In this document: piece after piece, positions 1 through 8,205 of the stretch | How the letters are laid out: every line of letters starts with the position of its first letter | How positions within the stretch are numbered: the stretch's first letter is position 1 | From: an uncultured Clostridia bacterium | GTDB lineage: Bacteria; Bacillota; Clostridia; TANB77; CAG-508 | Direction: 5' to 3' | Assembly: GCA_934162925.1 (NCBI GenBank) | Contig: CAKPJR010000001.1 | Span: 1 to 34,970 of the forward strand | DNA length: 34,970 bases | Made by a program: the position numbers and the translations under genes | The notes under the pieces: generated by a model | Databases searched by the model: none | Told to the model about the DNA's origin: nothing | What the model saw: the letters and a program-made list of their open reading frames with translations, nothing else

Positions 1-372
1 AAAATTATAAATATAGTTATATTATGTATTTGCATATTAATACTATTGTTACCAATAGTATTGCAAATATTAGAGCAAATTTCACCAGTATTTGTAAAAT
101 GTCCATATTTGCAATTGACAGGTAAACCTTGTCCACTATGTGGAGGGACAAGGTTTATCAAAAACATTGGTAATGCAATTGATGATTTATCATATTTCCT
201 AAATTTCTTTGGAATAATAATTATAATTGTAATTTTAGAAATTATATTTAGAACCATCAATATAATAAAAAAGAAATATAAAGAAAGTGTAATAAAAATA
301 GATATAATTTTACACATAATAATTTTTATCATATATATATCATATGATATATGGTTTATAAAATGTAAATGA
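1..372 (+). CDS. DUF2752-like small membrane protein; 5' end may lie upstream of the window
   Basis: The frame is open from nt 1. It carries a CPYLQLTGKPCPLCGGTR motif (CPxxxxTGxxCPxCGxTR) followed by hydrophobic helices, with the stop at 370-372. Confidence 0.55.
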   Translation, partial: KIINIVILCICILILLLPIVLQILEQISPVFVKCPYLQLTGKPCPLCGGTRFIKNIGNAIDDLSYFLNFFGIIIIIVILEIIFRTINIIKKKYKESVIKIDIILHIIIFIIYISYDIWFIKCK

Positions 373-385
373 TAGGAGTGATAAA

Positions 386-739
386 ATGGAGAGTAACGAA
401 GAAAACAAAATAGAAATTACAGAAGCAGTAGAAAAAATAGAAGAAACAAACAAAACAGATGAAACTCAAGGACAAAATACTATAGAAGATACTAGTAAGG
501 GAGCAAGTATAGCAGCATTAGTATTAGGAATAGTTTCTATATTGTTTGTTAGCAAGTTTATAATAGCAGTTGCATGTGGAGTTTTGGCCATTATTTTTGG
601 AATAAAAGGTAAAAAAAGAGGAGGACAAGGAATGGCAACAGCTGGTTTTATCACAGGAATAATAGGATTAAGCTTGCAAGCTATATTATTTGTATTTTGG
701 CTTATTCTTGGAGCAACGTTGATAGGAATCTTAATATAG
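386..739 (+). CDS. DUF4190-like membrane protein (acidic N-terminus, two Gly-rich TM helices)
   Basis: 117 aa ORF with GGAG upstream of the ATG. The N-terminus is acidic and low-complexity, followed by two hydrophobic helices separated by KGKKRGGQG. Confidence 0.45.
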   Translation: MESNEENKIEITEAVEKIEETNKTDETQGQNTIEDTSKGASIAALVLGIVSILFVSKFIIAVACGVLAIIFGIKGKKRGGQGMATAGFITGIIGLSLQAILFVFWLILGATLIGILI

Positions 740-770
740 TAAGTTAAATAGTCAGATGGAAAAAAGGATA

Positions 771-797
771 AAAAAGAAGGGAAACCTTCTTTTTTTA
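771..797. terminator. Bidirectional rho-independent terminator between convergent genes
   Basis: Perfect 10-bp stem aaaaagaagg / ccttcttttt with a gaaa loop. It is flanked by an A-run and a T-run, so it can serve either strand. Confidence 0.6.
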
Positions 798-831
798 TAT
801 ACTTTGTTCTATATATACAACAAAGATAGGC

Positions 832-1077
832 TTACTTAAAAAAAATACTATTGGTAATATAAGCAGACATAAAAAAGCAAACAGCAAATAATATGCTGGT
901 TTTAAATAGAATAAGACCAACATCATATGTAATACAACAGATTGGATATGTAGTATATAAATTCAAAATTAAAATAGAAAATAGACAAATAACAAAAGAA
1001 ATTTTAAAACCATTAAACATAGCAGATTTAATAGATTTATTCATACATTTAACTTCAGAAATTAATTTACTAAACAT
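832..1077 (-). CDS. Hypothetical small membrane protein
   Basis: 81 aa ORF with AGGAGG about 9 nt upstream of the ATG on the minus strand and two to three hydrophobic helices. No family recognised. Confidence 0.4.
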   Translation of the reverse strand: MFSKLISEVKCMNKSIKSAMFNGFKISFVICLFSILILNLYTTYPICCITYDVGLILFKTSILFAVCFFMSAYITNSIFFK

Positions 1078-1171
1078 AAGTATTTACCTCCTGTAAACAT
1101 TCCTTAAAAACATATTAACATAACACAGAGATAAAATCAAAGGAAATTATTGGATGGAAAGTTAGAAAAAA

Positions 1172-1198
1172 GAAAAAAGCAAATCTTTACGATTTGCC
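1172..1198 (-). terminator. rpsT terminator
   Basis: Stem gcaaatc/gatttgc with loop tttac, followed on the minus strand by TTTTTT. Confidence 0.6.
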
Positions 1199-1217
1199 TA
1201 AATAAATAATTAACTTA

Positions 1218-1481
1218 TTATGCTATTGTGTTTAATTTTTTTGCTAAATTAGATTTTTTTCTAGATGCAGTATTTTTTTTGATAACACCTTTTGAGCAAG
1301 CTCCATCTATTTTCTTTACAGCATTTTTGAAAAGTTCTTCTGCTTTTTCTTTATTTCCTTCTAATACAGCAGATTCAAATTTTCTAGTAGCTGTTTTATA
1401 TTCAGATTTAATCATATTATTTCTTAATGTTTTTTTCTCAATAACATCAACTCTTTTGATTGCAGATTTGATATTTGGCAT
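1218..1481 (-). CDS. rpsT: 30S ribosomal protein S20
   Basis: MPNIKSAIKRV... is the typical S20 N-terminus. The protein is 87 aa and basic, with GGAGGTG upstream. Confidence 0.95.
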   Translation of the reverse strand: MPNIKSAIKRVDVIEKKTLRNNMIKSEYKTATRKFESAVLEGNKEKAEELFKNAVKKIDGACSKGVIKKNTASRKKSNLAKKLNTIA

Positions 1482-1525
1482 ATGTTTTGCACCTCCTTAA
1501 GTAAAAGTAAATTTTCACTTTTTCT

Positions 1526-1554
1526 ATTGTAACACGTAAATATAAAATTTGCAA
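1526..1554 (-). promoter_or_regulatory. Sigma-A type promoter for rpsT
   Basis: Minus strand reads TTGCAA, a 17-nt spacer, then TACAAT. Confidence 0.55.
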
Positions 1555-1667
1555 GCAAAAAATAAAAAAAAGTATGGGAAGTCCTGGACGCTAATATTCA
1601 AAGCAACTAAAATATTGGATGTTTACAATAAACAAATTTTCGTATATAATAAAGCAGAGGTGAAAAG

Positions 1668-2823
1668 ATGAACAATGAATTGGAATTAGCTAAAATTAAT
1701 ATGATAGCAAAAGAAGGGTTATTATCTAAATATGCATTTAAATCAGACAATGCTACTTTATTAAGACAAGACAAAGAAGATATAAGACCAGTATTTTTTA
1801 GAGACATAGATAGAATTATACATTCTTTAGCATATACTCGTTATATAGATAAAACACAGGTATATCCCTTTACAAGAAATGACCATATAACACATAGAGT
1901 TCTACATGTACAACTTGTTTCTAAGATTGCAAGAACTATAGGTAGAAGTTTAAGACTAAACGAAGATCTTATTGAAGCAATTGCTTTAGGACATGATGTA
2001 GGACATGCTCCATTTGGGCATAAAGGAGAAGAATATTTAAATAAAATATGTTTAGAAGAAAACATAGGATATTTTTGCCATAATGCACAAAGTGTAAGAG
2101 TTTTGAAAGAATTAGAAAAATTAAATATAAGTGTACAAACACTTGACCGGAATACTTGCTCACAACGGAGAAATCTTAATAAATAAATATAAATATAACA
2201 ATAGTAAAACAAAAGAAGATTTTATAAAAGATTTAGATAAAACTTTTTCAGAAAAGGATTATAGTAAAAAAATAATTCCTATGACATTAGAAGCTTCTGT
2301 TGTTAGATTATCAGATGTAATAGCATATATAGGAAGAGATATAGAGGATTCTATAAAGATAGGAACAGTAAAAAGAGAGGATATACCAAAAGAAATAACA
2401 AATATATTAGGAGACAATAATTCTCAAATAGTAGATACTTTAATAAAAAATATAATAATAAACAGTCTAGATAAACCATGTTTAACATTTTCAGAAGATA
2501 TATTTATTGCTTTAATGAAATTAAAAGATTGGAACTATAAATATATTTATGCATCACCAGAAGCAAACAAGCATCAAGAAGTAATAGAAGAACTATTCTA
2601 CAAACTATATTATTGTTATCTAGAAAAAATAGAAAAACTTTATAATACTGAAAAACTTACAGAATCTGAAAAAAATTTATATGAATTTATAAAAGAAAAA
2701 GATAGTAATACAAATGTAAAAAGAGCAATTGTAGACTATATTGCAGGACAAACAGATCAATATTTTTTAAATGAATGTATAGAACATATAAGAAAATTTG
2801 ATATAGAAGATTTATATAAATAA
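1668..2823 (+). CDS. HD-domain dGTPase-like triphosphohydrolase; needs a +1 shift at in-frame CGG 2148
   Basis: Contains FFRDIDRIIHS, HRVLHVQLV and LGHDVGHAPFGH motifs. ORFs 1668-2186 and 2131-2823 join as ...SVQTLD-G-ILAHNGEILINK when the C at 2148 is skipped. Confidence 0.8.
2148..2151 (+). other. Recoding site GAC CGG A (read as D-G)
   Basis: CGG is in the 1668 frame, and the zero-frame stop comes 12 codons later. The +1 frame restores the LDGILxHNGE motif. Confidence 0.6.
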
Positions 2824-2889
2824 TTACATAATTATTCTTGAATTGGAATATACTACAAGTAATAAATTCAATAAAGGAGAAAACAATTC

Positions 2890-3150
2890 ATGAAATATAA
2901 AATAAAAAATACAGACTTTCAAAATGAAATTGAACTATTAAAATGTATACTTGAAACAAAAAGAGAGCTTACTGTTGCAAATAAAAATTTCGAAGTAGCA
3001 GAAGAAGACCTAATAGATTATTATTCATATCAAATAAAAGCAAACAAAGCAAAACTTGACTATCTAATAAAAGAAGTTAAACAAAGAGGAATAGCAGTTG
3101 ATATGATAAATAATTTGCAAATAGGACTAGACCAAACAAAAGCTATCTAG
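2890..3150 (+). CDS. YaaL/DUF2508-like protein
   Basis: 86 aa coiled-coil protein lying directly upstream of bofA, as yaaL does in Bacillus. GGAG RBS present. Confidence 0.55.
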   Translation: MKYKIKNTDFQNEIELLKCILETKRELTVANKNFEVAEEDLIDYYSYQIKANKAKLDYLIKEVKQRGIAVDMINNLQIGLDQTKAI

Positions 3151-3213
3151 GAGTAATATTAATAAAAAGACGAGCATAATTATAGTATAAGTAAAAACTA
3201 GGAGGATAGGCCT

Positions 3214-3484
3214 ATGGACAATACTAATACTATAATTATTTTTTTATCTTGCATAGCAGGAATAATAATATTTGGAAAAGTTTTAATATTACCATTAAAA
3301 AAAATATTAAAATTAGTCATGAATTCTATACTTGGAGGAGCTCTGATATTTTTAATAAATTATATAGGAATATATTTTAATAACTTTCATATTGGACTAA
3401 ATGCTATAACTGCTATATTTATTCGGAATATTAGGAGTTCCAGGAGCTATATTGTTAATTATATTTAAAATAATATTAGTGTAA
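3214..3484 (+). CDS. bofA: Pro-sigmaK processing inhibitor BofA; needs a +1 shift at CGG 3424
   Basis: Two-TM small protein. After the shift the C-terminus reads NAITAIFI-G-ILGVPGAILLIIFKIILV, matching the BofA GxLGxPG tail. The stop moves to 3482-3484. Confidence 0.65.
3424..3427 (+). other. Recoding site ATT CGG A (read as I-G)
   Basis: CGG is in the 3214 frame. The +1 frame gives the conserved BofA C-terminal motif. Confidence 0.55.
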
Positions 3485-3509
3485 ATGAAAATTAAAAAGT
3501 CCCTTTATG

Positions 3510-3538
3510 TTGAAAAAAAGCAAGAACAATAGTATAAT
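3510..3538 (+). promoter_or_regulatory. Sigma-A type promoter for hpt
   Basis: TTGAAA, a 17-nt spacer, then TATAAT. Confidence 0.55.
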
Positions 3539-3573
3539 ATAAAATATGAATTTTATAAAAAGGGGTATCAAAA

Positions 3574-4095
3574 ATGGTAGAAATAAAAACATTAATTAAT
3601 GAAGAAGAATTACATACAAGGGTTAATGAAATAGCAAAGCAAATTGAAAAAGAGTATGAAGGGAAAGAGATAACACTTATATGTATACTTAAAGGCTCAG
3701 TATTTTTTACAGTAGATCTAGCTAAAAGTATTAATGGAGATGTAAAATTAGAATTTATTAGAGTATCTAGCTATGGAGAAGGGACGGAAAGTACAGGAGA
3801 AATAAAAATGAAGCTAGACTTGAAAGACAGTATTAAAGGAAAAGATGTAATAGTAGTAGAGGATATAATAGATACAGGAAGAACATTGTCTTATCTAATA
3901 GAATATTTAAAAATGAAAAAACCAAACAGTGTAAAATTATGTGCCTTATTAGATAAACCAGAAAGAAGAGTTAAGAAAAATGTAAAGGTTGACTATACAG
4001 GATTTCAAATACCAGATAAATTTGTTGTAGGATATGGGTTAGACTGGGACGAAAAATATAGAAACCTTCCATATATAGGATATATAGAACAATAA
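3574..4095 (+). CDS. hpt: Hypoxanthine phosphoribosyltransferase
   Basis: Has the PRPP-binding motif VIVVEDIIDTGRTL, the tail GYGLDWDEKYRNLPYIG, and a length of 173 aa. Confidence 0.9.
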   Translation: MVEIKTLINEEELHTRVNEIAKQIEKEYEGKEITLICILKGSVFFTVDLAKSINGDVKLEFIRVSSYGEGTESTGEIKMKLDLKDSIKGKDVIVVEDIIDTGRTLSYLIEYLKMKKPNSVKLCALLDKPERRVKKNVKVDYTGFQIPDKFVVGYGLDWDEKYRNLPYIGYIEQ

Positions 4096-4124
4096 AACAA
4101 AAGGGGACAGACCCCTTTTGTTTC
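4094..4124 (+). terminator. hpt terminator carrying the GGGGACAGACCCC core
   Basis: aaacaaaagggg-acaga-ccccttttgttt, a perfect stem with a T-rich 3' arm. Confidence 0.7.
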
Positions 4125-4156
4125 AAAATATAAAAAAATTGAAAAATGTGGAGAAT

Positions 4157-4187
4157 AAAACGAAAGGGGTCTGTCCCCTTTTGTTTT
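4157..4187. terminator. Second copy of the same hairpin with the loop inverted (GGGGTCTGTCCCC), 9 nt before the uvrC ATG
   Basis: aaaacgaaagggg-tctgt-ccccttttgtttt, lying 63 nt after the first copy. Confidence 0.45.
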
Positions 4188-4195
4188 AAAATAGT

Positions 4196-5984
4196 ATGTT
4201 TAATATAGAAAAAGAACTTAAAAAACTTCCAGATAAACCTGGAGTTTATATAATGAGAGATAAAGACGATAATATTATATATGTAGGTAAAGCTGTCATA
4301 TTAAAAAATAGAGTAAGACAGTATTTTAGAAAGTCAAACAAAACTAGAAGAATAGAAAAGATGGTTTCACTAATAGACCATTTTGAATATATAGTAACAG
4401 ATAACGAAGCAGAAGCATTAATACTAGAATGTAACTTAATAAAAAAGAATATGCCGAAGTTCAACGTGCTTTTAAAAGATGACAAAACATACCCCTATAT
4501 AAAAATAGATATAAAATCAGATTATCCAAATGTTTTTATAACAAGAAGAGTGCAAAATGATGGTGCAAGATATTTTGGACCATATGCAAATCCAGGTGCA
4601 GCAAAAGAAATGATTAATTTTATAAAAGAACGTTTTCAAATAAGGCAATGTAAAAATTTTAAAAGTAATCAGAGAGCTTGCTTAAATTATCACATAAAAA
4701 AGTGCTTAGCACCATGTATGGGATATGTAAGTAGGGAAGATTATAGAAAACAAATAGATCAAATTATTATGCTTCTAGAAGGAAAAACTAAAGAAATTAT
4801 AAAACAGATAGATGAAGAAATAGTAGAACATGCAAACAAACAAGAATATGAAATTGCTGCAATTTTAAGAGATAAAAAAATTGCAATAGAAAGAATTTCG
4901 GAAAAACAAAAAGTGTCAAACATAAATGAAAAAGCAATTGATGTAATAGGTATTGCAAAAAATGAGTTGGCTATTTGTATAGAATTATTTTTTGTAAGAA
5001 ATAGCAAAATGATAGGTAGAGAACACTACTTTTTTGAAAATTCAAATGAACTAACCAAAAATGAAATATTAACAGAATTTATAAAACAATACTATATAAA
5101 TAAAATAGATCTACCAAGTAAAATAATGATACCAGAAGAGATAGAGGATATAGACCTAATAGAAAATCTTTTATCGGAAAAAGCAGAAAGAAAAATTGAA
5201 TTTAAAATCCCACAAAAAGGGGAAAAACTAAGATTTATAGAAATGGCAAACAACAACGCAAAAATAACTTTAAATAACAAAAATAAAGAAAAAGAAGATA
5301 TTTTGCTCGAACTAAAAAATGTTTTGAAGCTTAAAGAATTTCCGAGAAAAATTGAATGTTTTGATATATCAAATATAGCTGGAGAATATATGGTTGCAGG
5401 AATGTGTGTTGCAAAAGACCGGGACTATAAATAAAAATTTAGCTAGAAGATTTAAAATAAAAACAGTATTTACACAAGATGACCTAAAGTGTATGGAAGA
5501 AGTAGTTACAAGAAGAATAAAACATTCAATAGATAATCCAAAAGGAGCTTTTGGAACTTTACCAAATGTTATTTTTGCAGATGGTGGAATAACACAAATT
5601 AGAGCAATAAAAAAAGCAATAGCAAAATACAATATAGAAATTCCCGTATTTGGAATGGTAAAAGATGATAAACATACCACCAAAAAACTAATTGATGATA
5701 ATAAAAAAGAAATAAAAATAAATGAAAAAATAATGAATTTCATAACCAATATGCAAGATGAAGTACATAGAATTGCAATTGAATACAATAGAAAATTAAG
5801 AAACAAAGATACTACAAAATCTAAACTAGATGAAATAAAAGGAATAGGAGAAAAGAAAAAACAAGAATTGCTAAAAAAATTTGGCAGTGTAGAAGGTATA
5901 AAAAAAGCTGATATTTTAGAAATTTCAGAAATAAAAGGAATAACAGAAGAATTAGCAAGAAAAATAAAAAAAGAACTCCTATGA
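4196..5984 (+). CDS. uvrC: Excinuclease ABC subunit C; needs a +1 shift at CGG 5420
   Basis: Has the GIY-YIG N-terminus (PGVYIMRD..IIYVGKA) and a C-terminal HhH (GIGEKKKQELLKKFGS). The join reads ...GMCVAKD-G-TINKNLARRFKIKTV..DDLKCMEEVVTRR, the conserved UvrC motif. Confidence 0.9.
5420..5423 (+). other. Recoding site GAC CGG G (read as D-G)
   Basis: CGG is in the 4196 frame, and the zero-frame stop comes 4 codons later. The +1 frame continues 187 codons into the UvrC C-terminal half. Confidence 0.6.
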
Positions 5985-6046
5985 AATTTGTAATATTTAC
6001 TTAACTTCTTGAATATATATCTAAAAAGGACAAGGAGTGTGTAAAT

Positions 6047-6247
6047 ATGGTAGATATTACAAAAGAGGAATTTTGGGATTCTAAATATGAAGAAATAAGC
6101 AAAATTGAAAGAAAAGAAAACAAAGTAAAGCAATTTATAATAAAGCATAAAATAATAACTGCACTATTAATAAGTTTAAGCATATTAATGGCAATAAACA
6201 CAATATTAATATATAATTTTTTTATAATATTAGGAACAATTAGGTAA
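6047..6247 (+). CDS. Hypothetical small membrane-anchored protein
   Basis: 66 aa ORF with GGAG upstream and one C-terminal TM helix. No family recognised. Confidence 0.3.
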   Translation: MVDITKEEFWDSKYEEISKIERKENKVKQFIIKHKIITALLISLSILMAINTILIYNFFIILGTIR

Positions 6248-6281
6248 ATTGGAAAAAATAACAAATTAAAAGGAGAAGCAA

Positions 6282-7143
6282 ATGAACATAGCAAATGAAT
6301 GGAAAGATTACGAAATACTAGATATGGCAAATGGAGAAAAATTAGAAAGATGGAAAAATATAGTTCTCGTAAGACCAGATCCACAAATAATTTGGAAAGA
6401 TAAAACCTTTCCAGAAAAATGGAACAAGGCAAATGCTACATATAAAAGAAGCAATAAGGGAGGCGGAGGCTGGAATTACAGAACAAAACTTCCAGAAAGC
6501 TGGCAAATAAAATATAAAGAATTAACATTTAATATAAAACCAATGGGCTTTAAACATACAGGACTTTTCCCAGAACAAGCTGTAAATTGGGATTGGATGA
6601 TTAATAAAATAAAAAATGCAAAAAGACCAATAAAAGTATTAAATCTATTTGCATATACAGGAGGTGCAACTGTTGCATGTTTATACGCAGGTGCATCTGT
6701 TTGTCATGTAGATAGTTCAAAAGGAATGGTAGCATGGGCAAAAGAAAATGTTGTATCATCTAAATTGCAGGATAAACCTGTTAGATATATTGTAGATGAT
6801 GTTGTAAAATTTGTTCAAAGAGAAATTAGAAGAGGAAATAAATATGATGCAATAATAATGGATCCACCATCATATGGAAGAGGTGCATCTCGGAGAAGTA
6901 TGGCAATTTGAAAATAATATAGCAGATTTGATATCGTTATGCAAAGAAGTTTTAAGTGATAACCCATTATTCTTTTTAATAAATTCATATACAACTGGAA
7001 TATCTGCAGAAGTGTTAAGCAATTTATTAAAAATAAATTTAAGCAATTATAAAGGAAAAATTTCAGCTGGAGAAATAGGATTACCTATGACTAATTCAAA
7101 CTTAGTTCTACCATGTGGGATATATGGAAGATATGAAAATTAA
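6282..7143 (+). CDS. Class I SAM-dependent (RlmI-like rRNA) methyltransferase; needs a +1 shift at CGG 6891
   Basis: Has FKHTGLFPEQ, LNLFAYTGGATVA (SAM motif I) and IIMDPPSYGRG. The join reads GRGAS-G-EVWQFENNIADL. Confidence 0.8.
6891..6894 (+). other. Recoding site TCT CGG A (read as S-G)
   Basis: CGG is in the 6282 frame, and the zero-frame stop comes 6 codons later. The +1 frame continues 83 codons. Confidence 0.6.
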
Positions 7144-7171
7144 ACTTATTATGTGAAATTTATAAAACTAG

Positions 7172-7222
7172 AAAAATCATATATGAAAATAAAAATAAAA
7201 AAATTCATATATGATTTTTTAT
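7172..7222 (+). terminator. Terminator after the methyltransferase
   Basis: 12-bp stem atcatatatgaa / ttcatatatgat followed by TTTTTT. Confidence 0.6.
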
Positions 7223-7262
7223 TGTTTATAAGCTAAATAAAAATTGATGGGATTTTAAGTAT

Positions 7263-7296
7263 AAAATCACCTTAAAGAAAAGGACAAGGTGATTTT
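7263..7296 (+). promoter_or_regulatory. Hairpin pairing an anti-SD-like arm with the agrB ribosome binding site
   Basis: aaaatcacctt (7263-7273) is a perfect complement of aaggtgatttt (7286-7296). The 3' arm is the only SD-like element ahead of the TTG start at 7299. Confidence 0.4.
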
Positions 7297-7298
7297 AT

Positions 7299-7934
7299 TT
7301 GATAGAAAAAATATGTAATAGTTTAACAAAAAAAATTCAAAGTAAAATGCCAGATGTAGATGAAGAAAGAGCAGAAGTAATTAATTATGGATTACAACTG
7401 GTAATAGGAGAAATACCCAAAACATTTATCCTAATTGCAATTGCTTATTTATGTGGGGTTCTAAAATTAACAGTATTAGCTTTGCTATTTATAATGCCAT
7501 ATAAAACCTTTTCTGGAGGTGTACATTTAAAAACACATATTGGATGCATTATTGCAACAAGTTTATTTTATATAGGAAATGCATTGCTTAGTAAAAATAT
7601 CATTTTGAATCCTGTATATATTAAATATATATTAGCTTTAGCAATATGGATATTTAGTATAGTGATGATAAAATTATATGCTCCAGCAGATACAGAAGCG
7701 GTTCCAATTTTAAGAAAAAAAGATAGAAACTTAAAAAGAAATTTATCATATATAACAATGACATTAACAATAATTGCAGGAATACTAGTAAAAAATATAG
7801 TTATTTCTAACTTACTAATATTTGGAGTTTTAATTCAGACTATATCAATAACAAAACTAATATATAAATTAACAAAAAGTAAATATGGATATGCAGAATA
7901 TATAAAACAACAAACATCAAACAATGCAACTTAA
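7299..7934 (+). CDS. agrB: AgrB-family AIP-processing membrane peptidase (TTG start)
   Basis: 211 aa polytopic membrane protein with the FSGGVHLKTH motif typical of AgrB, immediately upstream of an AgrD-like peptide gene. Confidence 0.8.
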   Translation: MIEKICNSLTKKIQSKMPDVDEERAEVINYGLQLVIGEIPKTFILIAIAYLCGVLKLTVLALLFIMPYKTFSGGVHLKTHIGCIIATSLFYIGNALLSKNIILNPVYIKYILALAIWIFSIVMIKLYAPADTEAVPILRKKDRNLKRNLSYITMTLTIIAGILVKNIVISNLLIFGVLIQTISITKLIYKLTKSKYGYAEYIKQQTSNNAT

Positions 7935-8033
7935 TTTGATTACATAAATAAAAAAAGAGCAACACAATTTTATACTTTTAAATAATACCAAAGGAAAGTA
8001 TAAAATAGTGTGCTATAAAAAGGGGGGATACAA

Positions 8034-8153
8034 ATGTTAAAGCTATTAGCTAAAGTTGCAGAAAAATATGCAAAATCTACAAACACAGCATGCTTCTTTT
8101 GGTTCTTCGCACATCAACCAAAAATGCCAGCATCATTAATTAAAAAAGACTAA
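8034..8153 (+). CDS. agrD: AgrD-like autoinducing peptide precursor (39 aa; not in the ORF track)
   Basis: MLKLLAKVAEKYAKSTNTACFFWFFAHQPKMPASLIKKD has an amphipathic leader, a single Cys and a clostridial-type HQPxxP recognition tail. A GGGGGG RBS lies 7 nt upstream. Confidence 0.7.
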   Translation: MLKLLAKVAEKYAKSTNTACFFWFFAHQPKMPASLIKKD

Positions 8154-8166
8154 TTTAAAGATTGTA

Positions 8167-8202
8167 TTTTCAAAGAAGCTGTGCCATCAGCTTCTTTGAA
8201 AA
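8167..8202. terminator. Bidirectional terminator between agrD and the convergent kinase
   Basis: Perfect 15-bp stem ttttcaaagaagctg / cagcttctttgaaaa with loop tgccat. Confidence 0.7.
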
Positions 8203-8205
8203 GTA

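Noticed and set aside
5369-6432. Long minus-strand ORFs 5369-6148 and 6001-6432, and similar antisense ORFs (466-654, 893-1096, 1228-1500, 1841-2212, 4246-5280, 12087-12575, 14027-14335, 14640-14879, 19101-19406, 22385-22705, 25130-25668, 26842-27338, 31075-32525)
   Set aside because: They lie opposite well-supported genes. Their products are low-complexity and Phe/Leu/Ile/Ser-rich, as expected from the antisense of AT-rich, Lys/Glu/Asn-rich coding sequence, and they have no RBS.
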